DNA of 64,000 nt from positions 1,701 to 65,700 of the forward strand of contig CAYSXG010000001.1 of assembly GCA_964434895.1 (NCBI GenBank). Reading direction: 5' to 3'. This document shows, in pieces, positions 15,667 through 23,994 of the stretch (within the stretch, counting starts at the first letter, position 1; each line of letters opens with the position of its first letter). This DNA is from an uncultured Solibacteraceae bacterium (GTDB lineage Bacteria; Acidobacteriota; Holophagae; Holophagales; Holophagaceae). Position numbers and translations under genes: made by a program. The notes beneath the pieces were generated by a model that did not search any database, was not told the origin of the DNA, and saw only the letters and a program-made list of their open reading frames with translations.

Positions 15667-16113
15667 ATGGCTTTTTCAAAGACCGGAGGCTACACGGGTC
15701 CCGCTCCTAAAAAGGGGGCTCCTCCGTCCAAGCCGCCCACGACTGCGGGGACGCTTGCCACCAAGCCCGCAATCTCCGGGACGAAGGGGCCGGAGGCCAT
15801 TGCTGATCTGGCCCCCCTTGAAGAGGCACTGCGCCGTGCTGAAAGGGCTGAGGCTCATGCCGCTGCGCTGGCGGATCTGGTTAAGGCGGTTGAAGACTGG
15901 GAGTCGTTCATACTCGCCGTGTCCCCCGAGGGGAGGTGGGCCCCACAGGAAGTCTACCTCTCAGAGGCGCTTCGAGCCGCAACTAGCCGATGGCCGAAAA
16001 CCATTGCGGTGCGCGTGGCTGACGAGCGTGCCCGCTGCATCGCCCATGTGGGCCGGTATCTCGTGGGAGAGATTGAAACGCAGGCCGAGCTGCGGCAGAA
16101 GCTGGAGGGTTGA
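15667..16113 (+). CDS. Hypothetical 148-aa protein
   Basis: ATG 17 nt after TGTCCAGGAG. The N-terminal part is Pro/Lys-rich. Confidence 0.5.
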   Translation: MAFSKTGGYTGPAPKKGAPPSKPPTTAGTLATKPAISGTKGPEAIADLAPLEEALRRAERAEAHAAALADLVKAVEDWESFILAVSPEGRWAPQEVYLSEALRAATSRWPKTIAVRVADERARCIAHVGRYLVGEIETQAELRQKLEG

Positions 16114-16116
16114 CCG

Positions 16117-16323
16117 ATGGCACGCGATTACATCCTGATTTGCCCGTCATGCAGGAAGCGCAAATTCCTTTGTAGCATTGGTGTATTCCAGTCTGGCGAA
16201 TTGGGGAGCCAAGACGTGAATGATGCCGCTGATTTCATTAGTGAGCATCAGAGGCACCCCGGAGGCGTTCGGGCCGTCGATGAGCATGATCCCCTGTACG
16301 ACGAAATTGGGTACGACGACTAG
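16117..16323 (+). CDS. Hypothetical 68-aa protein (CPSC motif)
   Basis: Track ORF, lower in GC than its neighbours. Confidence 0.45.
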   Translation: MARDYILICPSCRKRKFLCSIGVFQSGELGSQDVNDAADFISEHQRHPGGVRAVDEHDPLYDEIGYDD

Positions 16324-16338
16324 TCGGAGAGGAAGACG

Positions 16339-16542
16339 ATGAACCCCACAACAACAGTGAAGGTCGATGGAGAACCGAAAGAGCGTCCCATCGTGGTTCG
16401 AGACGGCAGGCCCGGGCCCGAACTCCGCCCTGGAGAGATCCTTTTTCAAACCATCGGCGGCGACTGCTTCATCATCCAGGGCCCGCCCCAATTCGATCAC
16501 CCCGAAGATCGGCCACCCAGGGCCTTCAGGTATTGGGAGTAG
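16339..16542 (+). CDS. Hypothetical 67-aa protein
   Basis: Track ORF with GGAGAGGAAG upstream of the ATG. Confidence 0.45.
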   Translation: MNPTTTVKVDGEPKERPIVVRDGRPGPELRPGEILFQTIGGDCFIIQGPPQFDHPEDRPPRAFRYWE

Positions 16543-16569
16543 GCACAGTAGGGACTGTGAGGTTACGCG

Positions 16570-16710
16570 ATGCCCCCGAACGTAGATATTCTCGACTTCC
16601 CTATGGACCTAATCTGGCAGCAGGCCAGCGCCTACACGCTCTTCGTGATAGCGGTGGCCTTTGTGGTCGCGCTGGTATGGCTCGACCGGAAAGATAGGGC
16701 CCGAAGATAG
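16570..16710 (+). CDS. Possible 46-aa single-pass membrane peptide
   Basis: Hand-translated, and below the ORF-track size cut-off: MPPNVDILDFPMDLIWQQASAYTLFVIAVAFVVALVWLDRKDRARR. Confidence 0.3.
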   Translation: MPPNVDILDFPMDLIWQQASAYTLFVIAVAFVVALVWLDRKDRARR

Positions 16711-16714
16711 CCCC

Positions 16715-17071
16715 ATGCCCACATCTCCTTCATTCCCTCCGCTTCGCACCCTTGAAGACCTTCACGCGAAGGCCTCTGCGATTGGCTGGCGGTGCTTGGC
16801 GACGGCGTTTCTCGGGGCGGATGTCCCGGTGCCTTGGGAGTGCGGCGAAGGCCACCCGATTGAGGCTTCCCCCAACCACATCCGCTACGGCCATCGTTGC
16901 CGCCTCTGCGCCTTGGGGCTCAGGGCTTCCAGGTCTCCAGCACCTTCTCCTCAGCCAGGAGCGCCCCCACCGCCCGCGAAGGGGACCGTAGAAGCAAAGG
17001 TGAGGCCGAAGAACCGGCCCGAGAGAAGGCCTCGCAAGCGCCCGGTCACATGCAGGGGCGTGATCGCCTAG
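16715..17071 (+). CDS. Zinc-ribbon-type protein (118 aa)
   Basis: Internal ATG of track ORF 16661..17071. WECGEGHPIEASPNHIRYGHRCRLC resembles a common H..CxxC ribbon. The Pro/Arg-rich tail may be an over-extension. Confidence 0.4.
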   Translation: MPTSPSFPPLRTLEDLHAKASAIGWRCLATAFLGADVPVPWECGEGHPIEASPNHIRYGHRCRLCALGLRASRSPAPSPQPGAPPPPAKGTVEAKVRPKNRPERRPRKRPVTCRGVIA

Positions 17072-17307
17072 CCCACAATCGCGTGCCCAGGCAGCGCGAT
17101 CAGGAAGGCCCTATAGTCCGCACGGTCGCAGAGCAGGATCACCTCCACGCCGCGGAATTCGGCCGCCACCAACAGGGCCCAGCCGTCCTCAAAGGGTTCG
17201 GCGCCCACCACCCGACCGCAGGAACTGGCCGGAGGCAGCTCCCTTGAGGGGAAAACACGGCGCCCCAGCAGCAGGGCGACCTCCTCACCCCGGAAGGCGG
17301 CGCTCAC
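17068..17307 (-). CDS. Hypothetical 79-aa protein downstream of the recombinase
   Basis: 4-nt overlap with the recombinase 3' end. No motif recognised. Confidence 0.4.
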   Translation of the reverse strand: MSAAFRGEEVALLLGRRVFPSRELPPASSCGRVVGAEPFEDGWALLVAAEFRGVEVILLCDRADYRAFLIALPGHAIVG

Positions 17308-18227
17308 TGGAGACCCGCCGCCATGGCAGTGGCCACTTGGCCGGCCAAATCCTTCCGGTTGTCGTCGTAGATGACCACGGTGGCGATGGACTTGTGGCGG
17401 CTGAACCGCTGGACCACCCGGATGTCATAGCCCGCATCCAGCGCGGCCGTGATGGCGCTGTGGCGGATCCCGTGGGGCCAGACTCGCTTCACGCCGGCCT
17501 TGACGGAGAGGGTCAGCACCACATGCCAGATGGCCCGCCCCGTGAGCGGGGAGGGGTCTTCCGTGCGCCCTGGGTCCAAACGGTGGAAGAGGGGCCCCTC
17601 GGCATCCCCGCGCCATTCCAGCCACGCCTGGAGGGCCTGGCGGGTGCCGGGCGGCAGGGTGAGATCCGTGCGGTCCTCCTGCCCCTTGCCCAAGATGGCG
17701 ATTCGGGAGGCCTGAAGATTCAAGTCCACGAGGCGCAGGGAGGCAACCTCGCCCCGACGAAGGCCCAGGTCGTACAGGAGGCGAAGCATGGCCACATCCC
17801 GGGCCGCCTTCTCCTCGGCTTGGGCGCGGGCGGCCTGGAGCAGGGCCTGGACAACCTCAGTGCCGGGGCCAGCCGTGTTCCGGTAGTGGCTTACGGTCGG
17901 GTAGACCACATCCAATTCGTAGTCGCACACCCGGCCCAGTTGGGCCAGGCGAACGAGGGACCGGAGCGCCTTCAGGCGGGCGTGGACCGTCTGCGGGGCC
18001 CGTCCAGCTTCCTGGAGGGACTTCTGGAACTCCAGGGTGATGGTGGCCGCCTCCAGGCTCCCGCAGGAGGTCAGGTAGGCCACCGCCTGCACCGGCGAGG
18101 TGCCCAACCAGCGGGCGAAAGCCTTCAGGCCATCCCGGTAGACGGCGGCCGTCGCCGGGCTGAGGCGAAGCAGGAATTGCTCCAACAGCCGCTTATGGGC
18201 GGGTTCAATCGTGCGTAAGGCTTGCAT
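17304..18227 (-). CDS. Tyrosine recombinase (XerC/D-like integrase family)
   Basis: 307 aa with the catalytic pattern LGLRRGE (Arg), HGIRHSAIT (HxxR) and SRHKSIATVVIYDD (His...Tyr). Confidence 0.85.
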   Translation of the reverse strand: MQALRTIEPAHKRLLEQFLLRLSPATAAVYRDGLKAFARWLGTSPVQAVAYLTSCGSLEAATITLEFQKSLQEAGRAPQTVHARLKALRSLVRLAQLGRVCDYELDVVYPTVSHYRNTAGPGTEVVQALLQAARAQAEEKAARDVAMLRLLYDLGLRRGEVASLRLVDLNLQASRIAILGKGQEDRTDLTLPPGTRQALQAWLEWRGDAEGPLFHRLDPGRTEDPSPLTGRAIWHVVLTLSVKAGVKRVWPHGIRHSAITAALDAGYDIRVVQRFSRHKSIATVVIYDDNRKDLAGQVATAMAAGLQ

Positions 18228-18244
18228 GGCGGAAATTTCCCGCC
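18228..18244. promoter_or_regulatory. 17-bp near-palindrome GGCGGAAATTTCCCGCC abutting the recombinase start codon
   Basis: Read directly. It occupies the position where a ribosome-binding site would be expected, and shares GGAAATTTCC with the 23-bp palindrome family. Confidence 0.3.
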
Positions 18245-18266
18245 ATTTTAACGAACGCGCAAGGGG

Positions 18267-18509
18267 TTATTTTTCTCGCCGGAGCTCCGCCACCAAATTC
18301 CGCAGATCCTCCTGGAAGTGGGTGATCGTGGCGTTGAGGGTGCCCACAGCCCCTTCCAGGCGAGAAATGGACTCCGCGTGATCCTTGCGGTCGGACTCCA
18401 GCGCGGTGATGCGATTTCCATGCGACCGGAGGCGCTCAATCAGCATCCCCGCGGTGAAAACCCAACTCACAACCGCAAGCCCCAGCACAACCCAGCCCTG
18501 AATTGTCAT
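18267..18509 (-). CDS. Membrane-anchored coiled-coil protein (lysis-cassette accessory)
   Basis: Internal ATG (residue 65) of track ORF 18267..18701. TM segment WVVLGLAVVSWVFTAGMLI followed by a helical region. Confidence 0.5.
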   Translation of the reverse strand: MTIQGWVVLGLAVVSWVFTAGMLIERLRSHGNRITALESDRKDHAESISRLEGAVGTLNATITHFQEDLRNLVAELRREK

Positions 18510-18510
18510 T

Positions 18511-19203
18511 TTACAGCCTCTTCGCGGCGGCATAGCCCGCGGCCAGGGCCCCGAGGACCAGGAGGCGGCGCTTGGTTTTCTCGGCGTCCAGCGCCTTCTG
18601 GAGATCCTTCCGGGCCCCGGCCTCAAAATCGGCCCGCCGCTGCTCCTCGGACGCGGACGCCTTCCAGGCTTCGCGGGCCTGCGCGGCGGCATCCCGCTCA
18701 AGGGAGACGCTCTGCACCTGGCGCTCCTGGCCAGCGTTGAGTTCCTCGGAGGCGGTCAGGCGGGCCATGAGGGGCGGAACCCGGGCGGCCTCCGCCTGCC
18801 AATCCCAGACCTTGACAGCATCCGCGTGGGCCAGGTTGGATGGCACCAGGCCGGCGTGAATTTGGAGGCCTGAGAGCAGGCCAGCCGAGACCAGCCCCGT
18901 TCCCAGGGAGCCATCGTCCGCCGGGGCCGGGGCGGCCGGAGGCGGCAGGGGGCGGCTCGCCAGCTTGGCCTTGAGGGCGACGTTCTCGGCCGCGATGGCC
19001 TTGGACTGCGCCGCAGCCTCAGCCATGGCGGCGTCCTTGCCCTGGGCAATGCCCTCCAGGGCCTGGGCCCGCCCTTCGGCCAGGGTGGCCTTTTGGACGG
19101 CTTCGGCAGCCTGGCCCTTGTAGTGGGCGGCCACGGCGTAGGAAAGGCCGAGAAGCCCCAGCAGGGCCCCCAGGGCGTAGAGTTGGACACGGCTCGGGAT
19201 CAT
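18511..19203 (-). CDS. Spanin-like bitopic coiled-coil protein
   Basis: Internal ATG (residue 141) of track ORF 18511..19623, with an ATGA overlap to the SLT gene. It has an N-terminal TM, a long A/E/K coiled coil and a C-terminal TM. No lipobox seen. Confidence 0.45.
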   Translation of the reverse strand: MIPSRVQLYALGALLGLLGLSYAVAAHYKGQAAEAVQKATLAEGRAQALEGIAQGKDAAMAEAAAQSKAIAAENVALKAKLASRPLPPPAAPAPADDGSLGTGLVSAGLLSGLQIHAGLVPSNLAHADAVKVWDWQAEAARVPPLMARLTASEELNAGQERQVQSVSLERDAAAQAREAWKASASEEQRRADFEAGARKDLQKALDAEKTKRRLLVLGALAAGYAAAKRL

Positions 19204-19757
19204 GGGCGGTCCTTGGTGAGCAGGATGTTTTTCTCGATGCGGGGCATGTAGCCACCGGTCTGGGCGGCGTTGGCCGGGCCGGTCACGGCCGGCAGGGCGC
19301 GGAGCCACCCGCGGGAATCCGTGAGGCCCAGTTCCCGGGCCTTCTTCGCGGCGCGGAGGATGGGACCGCGGCCCGCGTTGTAGCTGGCCCAGGCCTTCCA
19401 CTGGCCATCCCCCCGGGAGGCCCAAAATGACTCCTCCAGGCTCATGTAGCGGTCCTCGGCCTGCATGGCCGCCAGGGGGTCGAAAGGATCCGCGCCAGCG
19501 GGGATCCACTCCATGGAGATCGCCCAGGCCCACGTCTTCGGCATGAACTGGCAGAGGCCCTTGGCCCCCACCCAGGACACGGCCCGGGGGTTGAGGCTGG
19601 ATTCCTGCTTGGCCTGGGCCCACCGCTTCTTCCAGCGGGGGCCGGCGACGGCCCGGAAATCGGCTTCGTAGGGGAGGGCCTGGCCTTGGGCGTGGAGGGG
19701 GGCGCCCAAGGCCAGGATCGCAGCCCCAAGGGCCGCGATGCGGACGGCGCGGATCAA
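19200..19757 (-). CDS. Secreted lytic transglycosylase (SLT-domain endolysin)
   Basis: 185 aa with a signal-like N-terminus. SLT motifs are QESSLNPRAVSWVGAKGLCQFMPKTW and YNAG. Confidence 0.8.
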   Translation of the reverse strand: MIRAVRIAALGAAILALGAPLHAQGQALPYEADFRAVAGPRWKKRWAQAKQESSLNPRAVSWVGAKGLCQFMPKTWAWAISMEWIPAGADPFDPLAAMQAEDRYMSLEESFWASRGDGQWKAWASYNAGRGPILRAAKKARELGLTDSRGWLRALPAVTGPANAAQTGGYMPRIEKNILLTKDRP

Positions 19758-20218
19758 GGAAGGATCCGGCCGTTGAGGATGGCGAAGGTGACGAGGAAGC
19801 CCAGGAAGACGGCCGCAGCCGCAGCCGCCCGTGCCGCCTTCACGGGCGGAGTGTCGAGGTCGATCCCCACCTCATCCTTGGCGTTGTGGAGCAGGCGCTT
19901 ACCGTGGGCCGTCCGGTCAAAGAGCGAGAAGACGAAGTAGGCCTCCGCGAGGGTCAGCGCCTTGAGACCGCTGGTCGCCCAGAAGCGGAACTTGAAGGCA
20001 CGGGCGGCCAACATGGCCTCGAAGTCCGGTCCGGTCTCCACCGCCTGGACCAAGGACATGAGGTGGATCGACTTCCACACCTTGAAGGCGACGAAAAGGA
20101 GGCCCACCAGCGCCGCCACACCCAGCGCCTGGCGCTGCTTGCGGGTTACGCCGAAGCCCGGAGCCCCGGCGAGCAGGCTCCACAGCCACGAGAAGAGAGA
20201 CAGAACCTTGGCAGCCAC
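19754..20218 (-). CDS. Putative holin (multi-TM)
   Basis: 154 aa with 3-4 hydrophobic segments. It is the first gene of the lysis cassette and overlaps the endolysin gene by 4 nt. Confidence 0.5.
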   Translation of the reverse strand: MAAKVLSLFSWLWSLLAGAPGFGVTRKQRQALGVAALVGLLFVAFKVWKSIHLMSLVQAVETGPDFEAMLAARAFKFRFWATSGLKALTLAEAYFVFSLFDRTAHGKRLLHNAKDEVGIDLDTPPVKAARAAAAAAVFLGFLVTFAILNGRILP

Positions 20219-20355
20219 ACAACCTCCAGAGCTTCCAACGTGGCGCGGGAAGTTCGGGGTGGGTGGCTGCGGCCCCTTTCATGCGGTGTTGGCGAGGGAG
20301 GCGGCTTAGGGTGAAAATAAAGAAGGCCTCAAATACGCCATGATGGTAGGAAAAA

Positions 20356-20640
20356 ATGAAGAGCTTCATCGCCATTGTTCACAAGGACACTGATTCCGAT
20401 TATGGCGTGAGCTTTCCCGACTTCCCGGGCTGCATCACTGCGGGGAGCACCCTAGGAGAAGCTCAGGACATGGCCCAGGCGGCCCTGGAGGCCCACACGG
20501 CCCACATGCTTCGGGAAGGGCAGCTCCTTCCTGAGCCAATGAGCCCGGAGGAGGCTATCCATCAGGCTATAGCGGAAACCCCAGAGGGGTTCGTGGCCGC
20601 CCTCGTCGTTGGTCAAGGACAGAGCCGTTTAGAGGCCTAA
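20356..20640 (+). CDS. hicB: HicB-family antitoxin-like protein
   Basis: 94 aa. FIAIVHKDTDSDYGVSFPDFPGCITAGSTLGEAQDMAQAALEAH is the HicB N-terminal fold signature. No HicA-like ORF is adjacent. Confidence 0.75.
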   Translation: MKSFIAIVHKDTDSDYGVSFPDFPGCITAGSTLGEAQDMAQAALEAHTAHMLREGQLLPEPMSPEEAIHQAIAETPEGFVAALVVGQGQSRLEA

Positions 20641-21170
20641 GATTCGCCTGTGACTAAGGTGAATTCGAGGGACTTTTCCTTCTCGCTCAAATGGTTCTCG
20701 GCATAACGCAACCATCCCTTCCAAACACTTTGAGCAGCCACCGACTGAATGGATGGATCCGTGTCCATCGTGCGGCAGCGAACGTAGTAGGCCGCTGCCC
20801 CCATCGAAATCTTGTGATGCCGTGCCATACCCTCCATGCCGTTCAGCGTGATGGCGATTTCTTGTTCGGGTGCCCCTGTTTGGATCATTGCCGCAACGTA
20901 CTTCCGAACCACACGGTCACGCTTCCACTGCTGCGAAGCCGAGCGTTCCACTGAAGGCAGATCAGGAAGCGGTGTTTCATCCTCCGGCGCGAGGTCGCGC
21001 TTGGGAAGCGGCTGCGATGGCCGTTGAACATCAGCAGCCACCGTCGTGGCCGGCGCATCCTTCGGCGCTCTGGGCACCGGAATAGCCTTTACTGCGATGA
21101 GCCCGTAGGTTGCGCCCCCACCAATTAGCACGCAGGAGAAAAGAGAAGTAACAAGAAGGCCATGTCGCAT
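20637..21170 (-). CDS. Membrane-anchored hypothetical protein (moron-like)
   Basis: 177 aa with an N-terminal TM. It is visibly lower in GC and convergent with hicB. Confidence 0.5.
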   Translation of the reverse strand: MRHGLLVTSLFSCVLIGGGATYGLIAVKAIPVPRAPKDAPATTVAADVQRPSQPLPKRDLAPEDETPLPDLPSVERSASQQWKRDRVVRKYVAAMIQTGAPEQEIAITLNGMEGMARHHKISMGAAAYYVRCRTMDTDPSIQSVAAQSVWKGWLRYAENHLSEKEKSLEFTLVTGES

Positions 21171-21231
21171 AGGGACCCCGGTTCTTTACCGGGATCCTCG
21201 CATGCCCTCACCGAATTGTCGAGGCTGGGAA

Positions 21232-23991
21232 CTATCGCCTAGCTCCAAAGGCTGCGGCTCCAAAATGGGCCGTCATCAAAGGGACTCCCATCGCCCCGGC
21301 CAGAACGTCCTTGAGCGCCTGCCCACTCTCAATCCAGGTGGTCGCCCCCTTCTTGATTTCCTGCACCATGTCACCGGCATACTTCGCGTGAAGCCGAAGC
21401 TGTTCGGCCGCGTTTGCCATGTCCTTCACGGAACGGTCGCGTTGCTTGTCATTTTCGGATTGGGTTTTCAGGTCTGAGGAATCGCGTACATCCTTCCGAG
21501 CCGCGTCGGAAAAGACACCCTCCCGCACATCCTTGGCCATCTTGGCGAAGTCGATGTCCCCACTGTCGATGCGCTTTTTCAGGGCATGGAATTGGCTCGC
21601 CCCGAGGTCGATGCCGAGGCGTTCGCGCTGAATCCACTCGGGCATTCCCGCCATCACGCCGCCCTTGCCCAGGGCCTTGAGCTTGCGCTCCATCACAACG
21701 TCCGGGTTTCCGGCCAGCATGGCCATCCGGTCCCCAGGGTCCATCCGGTCGAAGTCCTCCGCCTCCTTGAGCATGTGGCGCTTGAAAAGATCGCGCTGCT
21801 CCTCCTTGCTCATGCCCATGGTGAGGGCCATGTCCGTCTCGCCCTTGATGGTGCCGAGGCCCATAAGGACCCTGGCACCCTGCTCACCCTTGAGCGCTGG
21901 ATCCCCCGTCTTGTCGAGGGCCTCCAGCAGGTTCGCGTGGAGGTTGCCCGATTCGGGCGTGAGCCGCCCGAGGGCCTCCACCTGGCGCTGGTTGAGCTGG
22001 GCGAGGGACCCCAGGGCGACATTGGCGGCCACGCCGTTGTCCGCCGCCCGCTGGGTGTACCCCGCAATTTGTCCGAGGTAGGTCTCAATCCCTTCCTTCG
22101 ATTTGTCCACCTGACCCGAGGAGATCGCCGCGCCCATGGTTTGGGCCATGGCTTCGGGGCCGACACCGATGAGGTGGGACTTCTCAAAGATGGACTGGCC
22201 TGCCTCGTAGGCATTGATGGGGGCACCCTTGAAGTTCTTAAGGGACACCCCAAGGACGGGCAGCACCGAGCGCATGGCCGCGACGTTGATGCCGCGGTCG
22301 GACACCTCCTCCTTGACGTGGAGACGGTCAGGGTCGTAGAGGTCGCCTCGCCAGTCCCGGCCCATGACCGAACCAAGTTGAACATCTCGAAGGTGGTCGT
22401 CTGCGTCCTGGGCGCGGTCGTCGGCTGCCGCCTTATTGGCACCCCACCCCAGGGCCAACCCACCGCCCACCGCAGCGCCCAGGCCGAGCGCCCCGGCCAC
22501 GCCTCCCACCTCGGCAGTCATCATCTTGGATAGCCGCAGCCATGCGGAATCTGCGGCCCCAAACGCCGCACGACCCGCAAGACCTGGGCCCACCAACTGC
22601 ATCAGACCTGCGCCACTTTCTCCCGGATGCCGCAGGAACTCAAAGAGCCTACGGCCACCCATGGGGATCCGAGTGCCATCCTGGTCGTCTTCAGCGGGAT
22701 GCGGTGCCGCCTGGGGTGCGGGGAGCTGCCCAGCCCCTGCCGCCTTCTCGGTGGCCGCCAGATCCCCCTTGAGGGCGGCGCCCATCTCGCCACCGAGACC
22801 CTCTGCTGCCTTGCGGCCGGACTTCCCAAGCTCGTCCAGGGCGCCCTTGGCCTTGGCCAATTCCTTCGCGGCGCGGCCGGCGTCATCACCTCCGGCGGCA
22901 ATGACCTTCATCAGCTCTGCAACCTTCGCCCCGAGGCCCTCGATCCCTTGCATGGCATCGGTGAAGGTCCGGCCCTCCGGAGTGCCGGCGGCGTCCGCCC
23001 ACTGGCGCTGATCCTTGGCGTCGTCGCCCTTGAGGTCGTGGCCCCAGATGCGCCCGAAGCGGCCCGCCTCCCGGAGGAGGTGGTAGCCGCCACCCGTTTG
23101 CAGCTTCTCCCAGGCCTCGTGAGCCATGTGGCCGCGGCCCTCCGGGCTGAGGTCCGGGTAGTCGACGGGGGTGTCGTACCCACCGCCCTCGAAGCGCTGG
23201 GCCCCGGGCCGGTGGGCCTGGGCCTTCTCGACCTCCTCCAGGAGCTCTGGCGAGATTCCAAGGGCTTCAGCCTGGGCCGAGAGCGTTGCAGGAATCGGCT
23301 GGATGGAGGGGAGGCCCGCCGGGAGCGCCACGGGCGCCGCTGGACGCAGCCGGTCGGGATTGGCCTCCAGGTCCACCAGCTCGGGACCAGGCAGCCGGGG
23401 GCAGAGGTTCGGATTGTTGGCCACGGTGACGGGCCCCGGGGGTACTCCGCGCTCCTCCTCGGCGGGTTTGGCGGCTTCCGGCGCGAGGTCGCGGCCAGCC
23501 GCCTCGAAGATCCCCTCCGCGGCGGGCTTGGCAGCTTCCGGCGCGAGGTCCGCCAGGTGCTGCTGGACCCGCTCGTTCCATGCGAGCCAGGAATCGGTGC
23601 GGCTCTGCCCGCCGAAGAGATCCGCGCCCCATTCCTCCGGCTCGGGGCCGGCCAGGGCGTGGGCCTCTTGGGTAATGGGGGACTCCAGTGGTGCGAGCGT
23701 GGACAGGGTGGCCAAAGACTGGGGCGCCTCCCGCAGATCCTCCCCGAGCGAGGCGCCCATCTCCGGCGGGGCGGCGACTTGAGGAGCCCTCGCGCCATCC
23801 CCCACCCTTCCCGGCAGGCCCTGGGCCGCATGGACCCCATCCCCCACCACGGAAGAGGCGTGGTCCGCAGCCTGGGCCGCCGCCTCTAGATCCTGGCGGA
23901 CCCTGGCGGCAGCCTCTCCCAGCGGCTGGATCGACTCCAGGCCCCGCTGGCGGAGGTTCTCGAAGTTCATGTCTTGGGATGTACCCGCCAT
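21232..23991 (-). CDS. Tape measure protein (putative)
   Basis: 919 aa, downstream of the tube and chaperone genes. It is helical and A/G-rich with Gly-zipper hydrophobic segments, and has an internal DLAPEAAKPA duplication. Confidence 0.6.
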   Translation of the reverse strand: MAGTSQDMNFENLRQRGLESIQPLGEAAARVRQDLEAAAQAADHASSVVGDGVHAAQGLPGRVGDGARAPQVAAPPEMGASLGEDLREAPQSLATLSTLAPLESPITQEAHALAGPEPEEWGADLFGGQSRTDSWLAWNERVQQHLADLAPEAAKPAAEGIFEAAGRDLAPEAAKPAEEERGVPPGPVTVANNPNLCPRLPGPELVDLEANPDRLRPAAPVALPAGLPSIQPIPATLSAQAEALGISPELLEEVEKAQAHRPGAQRFEGGGYDTPVDYPDLSPEGRGHMAHEAWEKLQTGGGYHLLREAGRFGRIWGHDLKGDDAKDQRQWADAAGTPEGRTFTDAMQGIEGLGAKVAELMKVIAAGGDDAGRAAKELAKAKGALDELGKSGRKAAEGLGGEMGAALKGDLAATEKAAGAGQLPAPQAAPHPAEDDQDGTRIPMGGRRLFEFLRHPGESGAGLMQLVGPGLAGRAAFGAADSAWLRLSKMMTAEVGGVAGALGLGAAVGGGLALGWGANKAAADDRAQDADDHLRDVQLGSVMGRDWRGDLYDPDRLHVKEEVSDRGINVAAMRSVLPVLGVSLKNFKGAPINAYEAGQSIFEKSHLIGVGPEAMAQTMGAAISSGQVDKSKEGIETYLGQIAGYTQRAADNGVAANVALGSLAQLNQRQVEALGRLTPESGNLHANLLEALDKTGDPALKGEQGARVLMGLGTIKGETDMALTMGMSKEEQRDLFKRHMLKEAEDFDRMDPGDRMAMLAGNPDVVMERKLKALGKGGVMAGMPEWIQRERLGIDLGASQFHALKKRIDSGDIDFAKMAKDVREGVFSDAARKDVRDSSDLKTQSENDKQRDRSVKDMANAAEQLRLHAKYAGDMVQEIKKGATTWIESGQALKDVLAGAMGVPLMTAHFGAAAFGARR

Positions 23992-23994
23992 GGG

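Noticed and set aside
20219-20355. A HicA toxin partner for hicB.
   Set aside because: No ORF of suitable size or sequence exists in any frame of the upstream gap or downstream of hicB.
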